NCBI GenBank assembly: GCA_016124755.1
Contig: WGNA01000004.1
Span: 36,826-100,825, forward strand
Reading direction: 5' to 3'
Origin: Bacteroidota bacterium
GTDB taxonomy: Bacteria > Bacteroidota > Bacteroidia > NS11-12g > UBA9320
Length of the DNA: 64,000 bases
Under the pieces are notes generated by a model. That model searched no databases, had not been told where the DNA came from, and was given only the letters and a program-made list of their open reading frames with translations. This document shows positions 48,949-58,865 of this stretch, piece by piece; the stretch's first letter is position 1, and each line of letters opens with the position of its first letter. The position numbers and the translations under genes are program-made.

Positions 48949-49004
48949 TTTACAAAAGCATTATATGTTGTTAACATAGCCTTAACACAGCCGAAGTCCT
49001 TTTG
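48949..49004 (+). promoter_or_regulatory. 11-bp-period TTAACA-like direct repeats (OmpR/PhoB-type box) plus degenerate -7 element
   Basis: TTTACA (48949), ATTATA (48960), TTAACA (48971) and TTAACA (48982), then CCTTTTG. Confidence 0.5.
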
Positions 49005-49032
49005 CGGTGACTAAAGAACACACATAGAATTC

Positions 49033-50250
49033 ATGAAAATCAAGTATCTAAATCGAATAGCTATCGCGGCAATAGCTATCGGAACACTGAGCTTTCAAGC
49101 ATGTAAAGACAAAACCGACGATGGTGGAGAAGATGTAAAGCCGGTTGATGAAAAAACCGTAGTTGTTACTGAAAACATCACGACCAACACAACCTGGGAT
49201 GCAAATCACTACTGGCAATTGGGCGATAGAATCACTGTTACTGCAGGAGCTACTTTAACAATTGAAGCCGGAACTATTATTAAAGGTGAGGCTGGAGCCG
49301 GTGCAAATGCAACAGCTCTTCTTGTTGCCCGAGGTGGTAAACTTATCGCTGAAGGAAAAGCTGACAAGCCAATCATTTTTACAACTGTTGCTGACGAAAT
49401 CACAATGGATCAGGTAGCTGCCGGTAATTTCGCAAGCCCGAACCTCGACCCGAATATCAACGGTCTTTGGGGTGGAGTTATCCTTTTAGGAAAAGCTAAA
49501 ATTTCTGCTTCAAACTCTTCAGGAGATGTTAGCGAAGTTCAGATCGAAGGTATTCCTACATCAGATCCTAGCGGATTGTATGGTGGAAGCGATGACGCAG
49601 ATAACTCTGGTTCATTGAAGTACATTTCTATCCGTCACGGTGGTACAAACATCGGAGCCGGTAACGAAATCAACGGTCTTACACTGGGTGGTGTAGGTTC
49701 AGGAACTGTAATCGAAAACATTGAAATCGTTTCAAATCAGGACGACGCTATCGAATTCTTCGGTGGAATGGTTAATCCTAAAAACGTTGTTTCCTGGAAC
49801 GTAGGTGACGACGGAATCGATACTGACCAGTCTTGGGGCGGTACACTCGACAACGTTGTTGTAATCACTCCGGGTGACAGAAGTTTCGAGCTCGACGGTG
49901 CGGAAGGATCAATGGAACGAAGACATACAATCCAAAACGGTTCTATCATTTGCACACTTGATGGTCGTGCATCTACTGACCTCGCGAACGTTGACCCGAA
50001 CACAATCGTTACCCTTAAAAACCTTTACTACCAAAATGCTGGTGAAGGACAAATCTTCAATTCAGTTGTTGAAACAGGTGTAACATTCGAAAATATCTGT
50101 GTTGATGTTGCTGCTGCAGATCTCTCAATGCACTTCAAAAGCGGAGCTACAATTCCAGCCGGAATTACAGCTTGCTCTACTAAATACGCTGACATTTCCG
50201 GTTTCGGATGGACTTGGGCTAAAGCTGCCGGAGTTCTCAGCACACTTTAA
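49033..50250 (+). CDS. TonB-receptor-associated lipoprotein (beta-helix-like)
   Basis: Lipobox FQAC followed by KDK, TLTIEAGTII, WGG.ILLG.A, DNSG.LKY.SIRHGG...EINGLTLGGVGSGT and DDAIEFFGG. Confidence 0.8.
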   Translation: MKIKYLNRIAIAAIAIGTLSFQACKDKTDDGGEDVKPVDEKTVVVTENITTNTTWDANHYWQLGDRITVTAGATLTIEAGTIIKGEAGAGANATALLVARGGKLIAEGKADKPIIFTTVADEITMDQVAAGNFASPNLDPNINGLWGGVILLGKAKISASNSSGDVSEVQIEGIPTSDPSGLYGGSDDADNSGSLKYISIRHGGTNIGAGNEINGLTLGGVGSGTVIENIEIVSNQDDAIEFFGGMVNPKNVVSWNVGDDGIDTDQSWGGTLDNVVVITPGDRSFELDGAEGSMERRHTIQNGSIICTLDGRASTDLANVDPNTIVTLKNLYYQNAGEGQIFNSVVETGVTFENICVDVAAADLSMHFKSGATIPAGITACSTKYADISGFGWTWAKAAGVLSTL

Positions 50251-50290
50251 TCCTTTGAAATATCAAGTATCAAAATCTTGAATAAAGAAT

Positions 50291-50335
50291 AAGGGAAACC
50301 CGGTTGATTTTTTCATCCGGGTTTCACCTTTTTTT
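50291..50335 (+). terminator. Terminator/stabilising hairpin between the lipoprotein and TBDR genes
   Basis: GAAACCCGG...CCGGGTTTC stem followed by a T-run. Confidence 0.8.
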
Positions 50336-50358
50336 AATTATCAATCTGTCTGTCTGTA

Positions 50359-53277
50359 ATGAAATCACCACTAATTTTATTTCTTTTATTAATTTCTTCT
50401 GTCTTTGTCTCGGCCCAGAACGGAACCATTCGTGGGTCCGTAATCGAAGACGCAACAGGGGATCCAGTAATATTTGCAGATGTTCTTGTTAAGGGACATC
50501 CAAACGGGGCCAGCACCGATATTGATGGAAAATTTTCCATTAGCCTTGCGCCCGGAACCTACACTCTTGAAGTAGCTTATCTCGGCTATCAAACGTTGGT
50601 TTTAACCGATGTAGTCGTTAAAGCAAATGATGTAACGATTCTCAACGATCTCAGAATAAAAGAGAAGTCGGATGGAGAAGGTAACGTCATTCAACAGGTT
50701 ACAATCAATGTAAAAACAAACAAGAACACCGAAGCTTCATTGATTACTATGAAGCAACGTTCTCCAACAATCCTGGATGGAATTCCTGCCGCAAAAATGG
50801 AATTGATCGGGGATCCGAATGCCGCAGAAGCTGCAAAGCGTGTTACCGGAGTTTCTGTGGAAGACGGCAAATATGTTTACGTAAGAGGTCTTGGAGACAG
50901 ATACACCAAGACTATGTTGAACAACGTAGATATCCCGGGACTTGATCCGGATAAGAACTCTCTTCAGATGGACTTATTTCCGGCCAACCTGATAGACCGT
51001 ATCACTGTAAGCAAAAATTTCTCTGCAGAATTACCTGCTGATTTTACCGGCGGTTTATTAAATGTTGAGACCAAGGATTTTCCGGATAAAAAGATTTTCA
51101 ATGTTTCGATAGGTACATCATACAATCCGGCGATGAACCTGAATAAAAATTATATTTCTTATCAGGGAGGTAAGTATGACTTTCTCGGTTTTGATGATGG
51201 CTCCAGAGCATTGCCCGACGGTGCCGAAAAATCGACAATTCCTACCCCGATCAGCGGTTCAAAATCTCAACAGGTTAACGACTTTGTAAATAGTTTTAAT
51301 CCTACACTCGGAGGAACGAGACAACGAAGTCCTCTTGATTTTTCTGCCAGTATCACTTTTGGAAATCAGATCAGCCTCACTAAAGGCGATTCTATGCCAA
51401 CCGAAAAGGATCCGAAGCTGGGTTATATTTTCTCTTTATCCTACAAAACTGATTACAAGTATTATAGTGATGTAGCGTACGGAGAATTTCAGAGAAGTCA
51501 GAAATCAAGTGTTTACGACATGGTTCAGGCGAATATGCAAACCGGAGGAATGGGCGAGCATAATGTACTGATCGGAATGCTTGGTGGTATTGCGTATAAA
51601 ACCAAATTGTCGAAATATCGATTTACGGTTATGCTGCTTCAGAGCGGAGAAAGCAAAGCCGGAATTTTTGAAATAGACAATGCCTCGGAGGCAGTAGGTC
51701 AATCGGGATATTACGCAATTTCCAATAACCTGGAATACAACCAGCGAACGCTCGCAAATGTGTTGCTTCAGGGAAATCACGTAATACCTAAAAAGGGATG
51801 GGAAATAGACTGGAGAGTTTCACCTACATTGTCATCTTCAACCGATCCTGACATTCGTAAAACCGCCTTTACTTATGCTTCCAACGATACATTCTTTTCG
51901 GCAGGAGCCGGAGGTAACCCTAGCCGGATCTGGAGATCACTCACTGAGATTAACGTAACGGCAAAAGTGGATTTCAAAAAAGAATATAGTTTGGGTAAAA
52001 TGGATTCAAAACTCAGATTTGGTTTTTCCGAAACATATAAGAAAAGAGATTACGAAATCATCTCTTTGTTTATGCAATTCTTCGGGCCTCAAAACTGGAG
52101 TTCAACCGATGTAAATCAGGTACTGAAACCGGAATATGTTTATCCTAATGCCCCGAATAAAATTTACTACCAAACCACTACGATAAGTCCGAATCCAAAT
52201 GCATATTCATCCGATGTAACGTGTTCGTCAGGTTATATTTCTAATGAATTTCAACTGAGTAAAAAAGTTAAGGCAATTGCAGGGTTAAGAGGTGAATATT
52301 ATCTTCAGCATCACACAGGTCGCGATCAGGCCTGGGCTCGCGGCGATCATGTAAGCGGTAAAAATCTAGATGATACCATCGTTATTAACCAATTCAACCT
52401 ATTCCCTTCCCTTAACTTCATTTATTCTTACACCGAAAAATCAAATCTCCGATTTACTTACGGAAGAACAACTGCAAGACCTTCCTTTAAAGAATTGTCT
52501 TTTGCACAGATTCTTGACCCGATCACCAACCGCTTTTTCAACGGAAGTTTATTCCAGTATTCATCATGGGCTGGCAATCTGGTTCCAACCATGATCGACA
52601 ATCTGGATGCTCGATGGGAAATGTTCCTCAAACGAAATCAAATGTTCTCGGTTAGCGGATTCTATAAAATGTTCACGAACCCGATTGAAATGGTTCGTAT
52701 TCCGGAACAACAAACCACAACGGAATATCAGCCGAGAAACGTGGGTAATGGCAAATTGCTCGGAGTTGAAATTGAAGTTCAGAAGAACTTTGACTTTATT
52801 CATCCGGCTTTCCACAAGTGGAGCTTTAGCGGAAACTTCACATTTGTGCAGTCACAGATCGACATGACTTCCACCGAATACAATGCCCGAAAACAGTACG
52901 AAAAAGAAGGTCAAGATGTAGGTCATACAAGACCAATGGCCGGTCAGTCGCCTTGGGTTGTAAACGCAGGAATTAGCTTTAACGATTATGAAAACGGCAC
53001 GAATGCAGGAATTTTCTATAATGTTAAAGGCCCTGCTTTATACATCGTTGGTGGAGGATTGTTCCCGGATATTTATTCTGAGCCGTTCAACAGTTTGAAT
53101 TTTAGTTTTAATAAAAAACTTGGTAAAGAACAGAAAACACAAATCGATTTCAAGGTTTCAAATATTTTGAACGATAAACTGGAAGCTTTTTATAAATCGT
53201 ACAAAGCCGACAAGCAAGTGTTCAGCAGTATCAATCCCGGACGTTCGTTCAGCTTTGGTATTAAACATTCCTTCTGA
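50359..53277 (+). CDS. TonB-dependent receptor with N-terminal carboxypeptidase-regulatory-like domain
   Basis: GTIRGSV.ED.TG...TD.DGKF, plug KRVTGVS...YVRGLGDRY, beta-barrel and terminal Phe. Confidence 0.93.
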   Translation: MKSPLILFLLLISSVFVSAQNGTIRGSVIEDATGDPVIFADVLVKGHPNGASTDIDGKFSISLAPGTYTLEVAYLGYQTLVLTDVVVKANDVTILNDLRIKEKSDGEGNVIQQVTINVKTNKNTEASLITMKQRSPTILDGIPAAKMELIGDPNAAEAAKRVTGVSVEDGKYVYVRGLGDRYTKTMLNNVDIPGLDPDKNSLQMDLFPANLIDRITVSKNFSAELPADFTGGLLNVETKDFPDKKIFNVSIGTSYNPAMNLNKNYISYQGGKYDFLGFDDGSRALPDGAEKSTIPTPISGSKSQQVNDFVNSFNPTLGGTRQRSPLDFSASITFGNQISLTKGDSMPTEKDPKLGYIFSLSYKTDYKYYSDVAYGEFQRSQKSSVYDMVQANMQTGGMGEHNVLIGMLGGIAYKTKLSKYRFTVMLLQSGESKAGIFEIDNASEAVGQSGYYAISNNLEYNQRTLANVLLQGNHVIPKKGWEIDWRVSPTLSSSTDPDIRKTAFTYASNDTFFSAGAGGNPSRIWRSLTEINVTAKVDFKKEYSLGKMDSKLRFGFSETYKKRDYEIISLFMQFFGPQNWSSTDVNQVLKPEYVYPNAPNKIYYQTTTISPNPNAYSSDVTCSSGYISNEFQLSKKVKAIAGLRGEYYLQHHTGRDQAWARGDHVSGKNLDDTIVINQFNLFPSLNFIYSYTEKSNLRFTYGRTTARPSFKELSFAQILDPITNRFFNGSLFQYSSWAGNLVPTMIDNLDARWEMFLKRNQMFSVSGFYKMFTNPIEMVRIPEQQTTTEYQPRNVGNGKLLGVEIEVQKNFDFIHPAFHKWSFSGNFTFVQSQIDMTSTEYNARKQYEKEGQDVGHTRPMAGQSPWVVNAGISFNDYENGTNAGIFYNVKGPALYIVGGGLFPDIYSEPFNSLNFSFNKKLGKEQKTQIDFKVSNILNDKLEAFYKSYKADKQVFSSINPGRSFSFGIKHSF

Positions 53278-53329
53278 TTTTAGAAATCAGATTATATACG
53301 TCACAGACTGATTATTTTGATAATTTGTT

Positions 53330-53361
53330 AGAGCCATCCGGAGAAATCCGGGTGGCTTTTT
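53330..53361 (+). terminator. Rho-independent terminator
   Basis: AGCCATCCGGA-GAAA-TCCGGGTGGCT followed by TTTT. Confidence 0.88.
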
Positions 53362-53443
53362 CACTTGTTCCTGAATAATGCACTCTCAAAAATGAAATGA
53401 CCGGAATAGTTCGGTTTGAAGCAATTTCGGAACAACAAAAGAC

Positions 53444-53451
53444 TAATTTTG
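53444..53451 (+). promoter_or_regulatory. -7 promoter element (TAATTTTG) for typA
   Basis: TAnnTTTG consensus 19 nt before the ATG. Confidence 0.55.
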
Positions 53452-53469
53452 CCGACCCATTAAAAAAGC

Positions 53470-55233
53470 ATGCAATCCATTCGAAATATTGCCATCATAG
53501 CGCACGTCGATCACGGGAAAACCACATTGGTTGACAAAATCATTCAGGCTTGTAAAGTACTGGACGATCGAAAAGAAACCGGTGAGTTAATTCTCGATAA
53601 CAACGATCTGGAGCGAGAAAGAGGAATTACCATTCTTTCTAAAAACGTTTCCGTTCGATATCAGGATGTTAAAATCAACATCATCGATACACCGGGTCAC
53701 AGCGACTTCGGTGGCGAAGTTGAACGCGTTCTCAAAATGGCAGACGGCGTAATTCTGCTGGTTGACGCCTTTGAAGGTCCAATGCCGCAAACGCGTTTTG
53801 TGTTGAGCAAGGCTGTTGAACTGGGACTAAAACCCATTCTGGTTGTTAACAAAGTCGATAAGGAAAATTGTCGTCCGGATGAAGTTCAGCAAGACGTTTT
53901 CGAACTCATGTTTAACCTCGATGCAACCGAAGAACAACTCGATTTTGAGACTCTCTTCGGCAGTTCAAAACAAGGTTGGATGTCGTTCGACTACAAACAA
54001 CCCACAGATAATATTTTCCCGCTGCTCGATACCATAATTAAGGTAATTCCGGAAGCTCCGTACAGAGAAGGAAGTCCGCAGATGCAAATAACTTCCCTCG
54101 ATTTCTCAAGCTTTGTCGGAAGAATTGCGATCGGACGGGTTTTCAGAGGTGATCTGAACGTTGGTAAAGATTACAGTCTTTGTACTAAAGACGGGAATTT
54201 TAAAAAGGTTAGAATTAAAGAGCTCCACGTTTTTGAAGGACTCGGAAAAGCTCCGGCTACCAGTGTGAGAAGCGGAGATATCTGTGCGATCACCGGCCTC
54301 GACGACTTTGAAATTGGTGACACAATTGCTGATCTTGAAAAACCGGAAGCACTGCCCAGAATTAAGGTAGATGAACCTACGATGAGTATGCTTTTCACGA
54401 TTAACAACTCACCGTTTTTCGGAAAAGAAGGAAAATTTGTTACGTCGCGACATCTCCGCGACCGCTTGTATAAAGAAACAGAAAAAAACCTCGCACTGCG
54501 TGTTCAGTCAACGGAGAGCGAAGATAAATTCATTGTGCACGGCAGGGGAATTCTCCACCTGAGCGTATTGATTGAAACTATGCGACGGGAAGGTTACGAA
54601 TTGCAGGTAGGAAAACCTCAGGTAATCACAAAGGAAATCGACGGTCAGGTTAAAGAACCTTTTGAAACGCTCGTAATCGACGTGCCGGAAGAATATTCGG
54701 GAAAGGCCATTGAGCTTGTTACCATGCGAAAAGGAGAACTTCAGGTAATGGAACCCAAAGGGGATGTTCTGCATTTGGAATTTGATATTCCGTCGCGAGG
54801 TATCATCGGTCTTCGAAATAATATTTTAACTGCAACCGCCGGAGAAGCGGTTATGAATCATCGTTTCCGCGGATACGATGTTGTAAAAGGTGATATTCCG
54901 ACACGACTCAAAGGCTCTTTGGTGAGTATGGAAGAAGGTCAGGTTTTGGCGTACGCACTGGATCGTGTTCAGGATCGCGGAAGATTTTTCGTTGAACCGG
55001 GCGAACGAATTTATAAAGGTCAGGTAGTTGGGGAACACAACCGGAACAATGATCTGGATCTCAATCTGATCAAAGGGAAAAAACTCACCAACATACGCGC
55101 ATCCGGCACCGACGAAGCGGCCAAGATCGCTCCCAAAGTGCGCTTCTCTTTGGAAGAATCTATGGAATACATTCGGGAAGATGAGTATTTGGAAGTAACA
55201 CCGGAGAGTCTCAGAATGCGAAAAATCAATTGA
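53470..55233 (+). CDS. typA: Translational GTPase TypA/BipA
   Basis: [56 protein letters not shown] and [11 protein letters not shown]. Confidence 0.98.
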   Translation: MQSIRNIAIIAHVDHGKTTLVDKIIQACKVLDDRKETGELILDNNDLERERGITILSKNVSVRYQDVKINIIDTPGHSDFGGEVERVLKMADGVILLVDAFEGPMPQTRFVLSKAVELGLKPILVVNKVDKENCRPDEVQQDVFELMFNLDATEEQLDFETLFGSSKQGWMSFDYKQPTDNIFPLLDTIIKVIPEAPYREGSPQMQITSLDFSSFVGRIAIGRVFRGDLNVGKDYSLCTKDGNFKKVRIKELHVFEGLGKAPATSVRSGDICAITGLDDFEIGDTIADLEKPEALPRIKVDEPTMSMLFTINNSPFFGKEGKFVTSRHLRDRLYKETEKNLALRVQSTESEDKFIVHGRGILHLSVLIETMRREGYELQVGKPQVITKEIDGQVKEPFETLVIDVPEEYSGKAIELVTMRKGELQVMEPKGDVLHLEFDIPSRGIIGLRNNILTATAGEAVMNHRFRGYDVVKGDIPTRLKGSLVSMEEGQVLAYALDRVQDRGRFFVEPGERIYKGQVVGEHNRNNDLDLNLIKGKKLTNIRASGTDEAAKIAPKVRFSLEESMEYIREDEYLEVTPESLRMRKIN

Positions 55234-55237
55234 TAAC

Positions 55238-55311
55238 TACTGACGAATGCTGGAGAAACTTGATTTAACCAAATCAATTCCGTTGGCATTGTCAGTTTAA
55301 ATTGGGGAATT
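55238..55311. repeat. Bulged-hairpin repeat unit, copy 1 (TACTGACGAATGC-N34-GGCATTGTCAG..AAATTGGGGAATT)
   Basis: The same arms recur at 60326 and 60401 with unrelated cores. Confidence 0.85.
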
Positions 55312-55350
55312 GGAGAATTGGGGAATTGGAGAATTGGGGAATTGGAGAAT
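55300..55350 (+). repeat. Octamer tandem array (AATTGGGG-AATTGGAG)x3
   Basis: Directly visible. Reverse-complement octamers occur at 56122-56151, 56293-56322 and 56464-56493. Confidence 0.92.
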
Positions 55351-55461
55351 ATATTTTTCGAACCGTTAACAATAAGAACGTTTTGTGCGTGCTGAAACTG
55401 CAAGTACATCTTTTCAAAAAGCAGGAATTGCAATGTTTTTATATTGTTGCTATTTCTAATT

Positions 55462-55821
55462 TTATTTAAGTTTAGCTCTTGTAGTTTTTCTGATTGAACC
55501 AATTAGTTTGAGCAATTCTTCAACCGATACTGTTAGTCGGTTCAATTCTGGATTTTTGGATTCGGAAGTTGCATTAATAATTCTTAACCAGTAATGAGTT
55601 TCTCTTGCTTCACGATAAGCAATACTAATTTTGTGGAAGAATTCTTTTCTCGATTGAGACCCCATTGATTCTTCGATATTGGCACCGATCGACGTTCCCG
55701 ATTTGAATAATTGATTCTTTAAAACTTCCGGTATTTCGGATCTTTTCTTGTTTTTGAGGTAATTCAAGAGGTTGACTGAAAACGCAAAACTTTTTATCAA
55801 AACCGGGTTGGAATCTTCCAT
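55462..55821 (-). CDS. Four-helix-bundle protein (23S rRNA IVP/TIGR02436-like, Avd-like fold)
   Basis: KSFAFSV, QLFKSGTSIGANIEES, SRKEF.HK.SIA.REARET.YWL. Confidence 0.92.
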   Translation of the reverse strand: MEDSNPVLIKSFAFSVNLLNYLKNKKRSEIPEVLKNQLFKSGTSIGANIEESMGSQSRKEFFHKISIAYREARETHYWLRIINATSESKNPELNRLTVSVEELLKLIGSIRKTTRAKLK

Positions 55822-56112
55822 CTTGTTAGAATTAGTCTATAAAGGAACCCTGAATTTTACGTTTATTATAGCATTGTAAATGGGGAAAAATTTAACGCTT
55901 AAAATTTCTGACTAAGCGTACAGACCTTATTTGTGTATTTTAATTAAACGGCTTAAGCTGACAACACGGATCGCCTAATTCTTCGTCACCCAATTTAAAT
56001 GGGCTTCTTCATTTGGATAATAATTAATGATGGTAAAAGGCAGGTTTATATAGCCGAAAATTTCGATTCGAAAGAATGAGATTCTGAAACGCGTGTAGGA
56101 TGACCATCGATC

Positions 56113-56514
56113 GAACATTTACCAATTCTCCAATTCACGAATTCCCCAATTCAAAAGAGTTCCTTCACTTTGTTCAGGACGACGTTGTCTGTGCTTGTAA
56201 CAAAGGATTCTTCGTTACACTCAGAATTTCAACTAACTTCCATGGCAAAAGGTACTGCATCGAGTTCAGGATGATCTTCGAATGAACATTTACCAATTCT
56301 CCAATTCACGAATTCCCCAATTCAAAAGAGTTCCTTCACTTTGTTCAGGACGACGTTGTCTGTGCTTGTAACAAAGGATTCTTCGTGACACTCAGAATTT
56401 CAACTAACTTCCATGGCAAAAGGTACTGCATCGAGTTCAGGATGATCTTCGAATGAACATTTACCAATTCTCCAATTCACGAATTCCCCAATTTAAAAGA
56501 GTTCTTTCATTTTG
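56113..56514. repeat. 171-bp tandem repeat (about 2.35 copies) built from inverted octamers and REP-like half-hairpins
   Basis: GAACATTTACCAATT starts at 56113, 56284 and 56455. Units contain GAGTTCCTTCACTTTGTTCAGGACGAC, GGATTCTTCG...CTCAGAAT and CGAGTTCAGGATGA. Confidence 0.93.
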
Positions 56515-56674
56515 ATGATTAGTTGGCTAATCAAAAAAAAGAACTAATTCGTAATACTCAGCTCAGATAAACACTTAAATCTTTAGTCACTATCTCAAGT
56601 CCTGATTGAAATTTACCCAGCTAGTCAAGCGTTAAAACCTACCAATCCCATTTTTTTCATTCCTTTAATTCTTT

Positions 56675-58633
56675 TCATTTCTTAATTCTCCAAAGAACTC
56701 CTGCCATAATCCATCTACCCGGCATTTTGCTGCCGAGGATGTTTTGATACTGAACATCAAAAGCGTTTTGGATTTGAATATTTAAACCGAATTCGGGAGT
56801 GATCATATAGCCGATTCTGGAGTTCCAGAGTGTGTAGGTTTTTGCAAGTACCGTAGCGATTTCAGGTGCAATTACACCGAGCCGTTCTTTGTATAAAGTG
56901 GTTACGGCAAATTCAAATTTGTGAATATTTAATATGAGTTTATTGGTAATTAAATGTTTGGCGTGACTTGCTATGTAAACCGAAACAACATCATCCGCAT
57001 TGCTGGTATTTAAATAAGTGTAGCCCAGATTCCAGATTAATGATGTTTCAGAATTAATTTTTTTTCGCAATCCCGATTCGATTTCGAAACCGTATGTCTG
57101 AACCTTGGTGACGTTTTTCGCGAAATAATAATCGGCTCCGGGTTGAAGACTTCCTACTGAGCTTACCGACCCGATTTCCGATTGATTGGTTAAAACATAG
57201 TCAATGAGATTACCCGACTGACGAACAAAGCCGGTTGCTTTTACCTGCCAGTTCTTAACGATCGTATAATTTAATCCCAACTCTTCCGACCAGCTTCTTT
57301 CGGCAACCAGATCCGGATTTCCGAGACTTCTTCCCGGCGTTAAATTTTTTAAACTGTTCGAAACAAACCGTTCGGTATAATCGGCTGCCCGGATACTTTT
57401 TCCGGCTGAACCCCGGATTACTAATTTATTTTTTACATACGAAACATTCACCTGCGGAGAAAATTCAAACTGATAATTATTGTCGTAATCTCCGCGAAGG
57501 CTGGTCGTAATATTCAAACCATTGTGACGGTAAACGCCCATGACATACGCTCCGAAATGATAATTTTCGTGATCGCCGCGATCCGTACTTTCAATTTTTC
57601 GTTTGTCGGCTTGCAGCCCGCCTTTAACCGTAATATTTTTATCCAACTGAATCATGTGATTCAACGTAAGATTTAAAAACTGACTGGTGTGGATATTCGT
57701 TGAAGCGAAATCCGGACTGAACATAAAAGAATCGGTGTTGTATTTATACGCGATGTTGAGATCGGTTAATGTTTTGGCGGTTTGTTTCTGCAGCCGCATT
57801 TGATTCCAGAAATTGGTAACGCGTTCGGTGGATTTATCGAACGGACTTGTTGTATAAAAATATCTGGCTCCGAAATCGCGGAAGTCGAATGAAGACCGGA
57901 TATGAAGACTGTATTGATCCGAAAAACGATAGGCGAAAGAAGCACCTGCCGAGTAATTGTTGAAGTAATTATTATAGGATGAAAGTGTGGTTGCCGTATC
58001 AAGAATTTTCGCCGGAATAAATTCACCATCGGATTGATTAAGCATAAAACCGGCACCGAATGTTACCTTTCCACTTCGATAATTAAAACCCTGATTGGTG
58101 GAAGTAAGCCTGTGCTGGCCCCGGTTGAGATTTCCGGAAACCTCCATTCCGTCTTTCTGATGTGAAGCCGAAAAAGTTTTGGTGATCACATTAATAACAC
58201 CTCCGACTGCATCCGCTCCGTAAATGGCTGCGGCAGCTCCGCGAAGAATTTCAATTCGCTCGATTTCTGCCGGTTGAATCGGGATATAACTGTTGAAGTG
58301 ACCGGTGAGGGGATCGTTCATTTTCATACCGTCGATTAAAACCAAAACCTGCGTGAAAGTGGAACCGCGCATGAGAATGTCTCCCTGTGTTCCGAATCCG
58401 CCTCTGGATTGAATTTCAACACTGGTAATGGTTTGCAGAATTTCATCTAAGGATGTTGCTGGTAAAGACTGAATTTCTTTGGCTGTGATTACAGTTATGT
58501 TCCGGCCGGTTTCACTCATTTTTAACGGAACCCGAACAGTGGAAATATCGATTGTGTCTAGGTCGTAATCAACCTGGGCCATTGATATTAGAGCTGATTG
58601 TATGACGAATAATGTGGCAACTATTCTTTTCAT
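56675..58633 (-). CDS. TonB-dependent receptor (plug + barrel, BtuB/CirA-like size)
   Basis: ATG at 58633 with a signal peptide, RGSTF.QVLVLIDG, IERIEILRG...YGADAVGGVINVIT and GNPDL.AE. Confidence 0.92.
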   Translation of the reverse strand: MKRIVATLFVIQSALISMAQVDYDLDTIDISTVRVPLKMSETGRNITVITAKEIQSLPATSLDEILQTITSVEIQSRGGFGTQGDILMRGSTFTQVLVLIDGMKMNDPLTGHFNSYIPIQPAEIERIEILRGAAAAIYGADAVGGVINVITKTFSASHQKDGMEVSGNLNRGQHRLTSTNQGFNYRSGKVTFGAGFMLNQSDGEFIPAKILDTATTLSSYNNYFNNYSAGASFAYRFSDQYSLHIRSSFDFRDFGARYFYTTSPFDKSTERVTNFWNQMRLQKQTAKTLTDLNIAYKYNTDSFMFSPDFASTNIHTSQFLNLTLNHMIQLDKNITVKGGLQADKRKIESTDRGDHENYHFGAYVMGVYRHNGLNITTSLRGDYDNNYQFEFSPQVNVSYVKNKLVIRGSAGKSIRAADYTERFVSNSLKNLTPGRSLGNPDLVAERSWSEELGLNYTIVKNWQVKATGFVRQSGNLIDYVLTNQSEIGSVSSVGSLQPGADYYFAKNVTKVQTYGFEIESGLRKKINSETSLIWNLGYTYLNTSNADDVVSVYIASHAKHLITNKLILNIHKFEFAVTTLYKERLGVIAPEIATVLAKTYTLWNSRIGYMITPEFGLNIQIQNAFDVQYQNILGSKMPGRWIMAGVLWRIKK

Positions 58634-58839
58634 TTTAGCAGTGCATTTTTGATTGAGGCCGCGAAAGTAATCCGATTTCTTATGGTAAATAAAATGTGAT
58701 GGATATCTTGAAAGGTGTGAATCTGACACTAATTAGCTTTCAAAATGAATCTCACTTTTATCAAATGAATTTTTGGGTAAGCTGATCGATTACTGTTGAA
58801 CTTACGATTTCTGTAACACCGGTTTCCGTTCAATTCTTC

Positions 58840-58847
58840 TAATTTTG
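58840..58847 (+). promoter_or_regulatory. -7 promoter element (TAATTTTG) for pepD
   Basis: TAnnTTTG consensus 19 nt before ATG 58866. Confidence 0.55.
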
Positions 58848-58865
58848 GCCGCAAACAATATTTAT

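Noticed and set aside
55020-55502. 160-aa ORF with PILQFPNS repeats, and the 61-aa ORF at 56100-56285
   Set aside because: These are translations of non-coding octamer or tandem repeats and antisense typA sequence.
55462-55821. Diversity-generating retroelement suggested by the Avd-like fold
   Set aside because: I saw no reverse transcriptase and no TR/VR pair with adenine-specific mismatches.
58634-58840. Cobalamin riboswitch upstream of the BtuB-sized receptor
   Set aside because: No B12-box or AGGGAA/GCCACTG-type consensus is visible, so the substrate was left unassigned.
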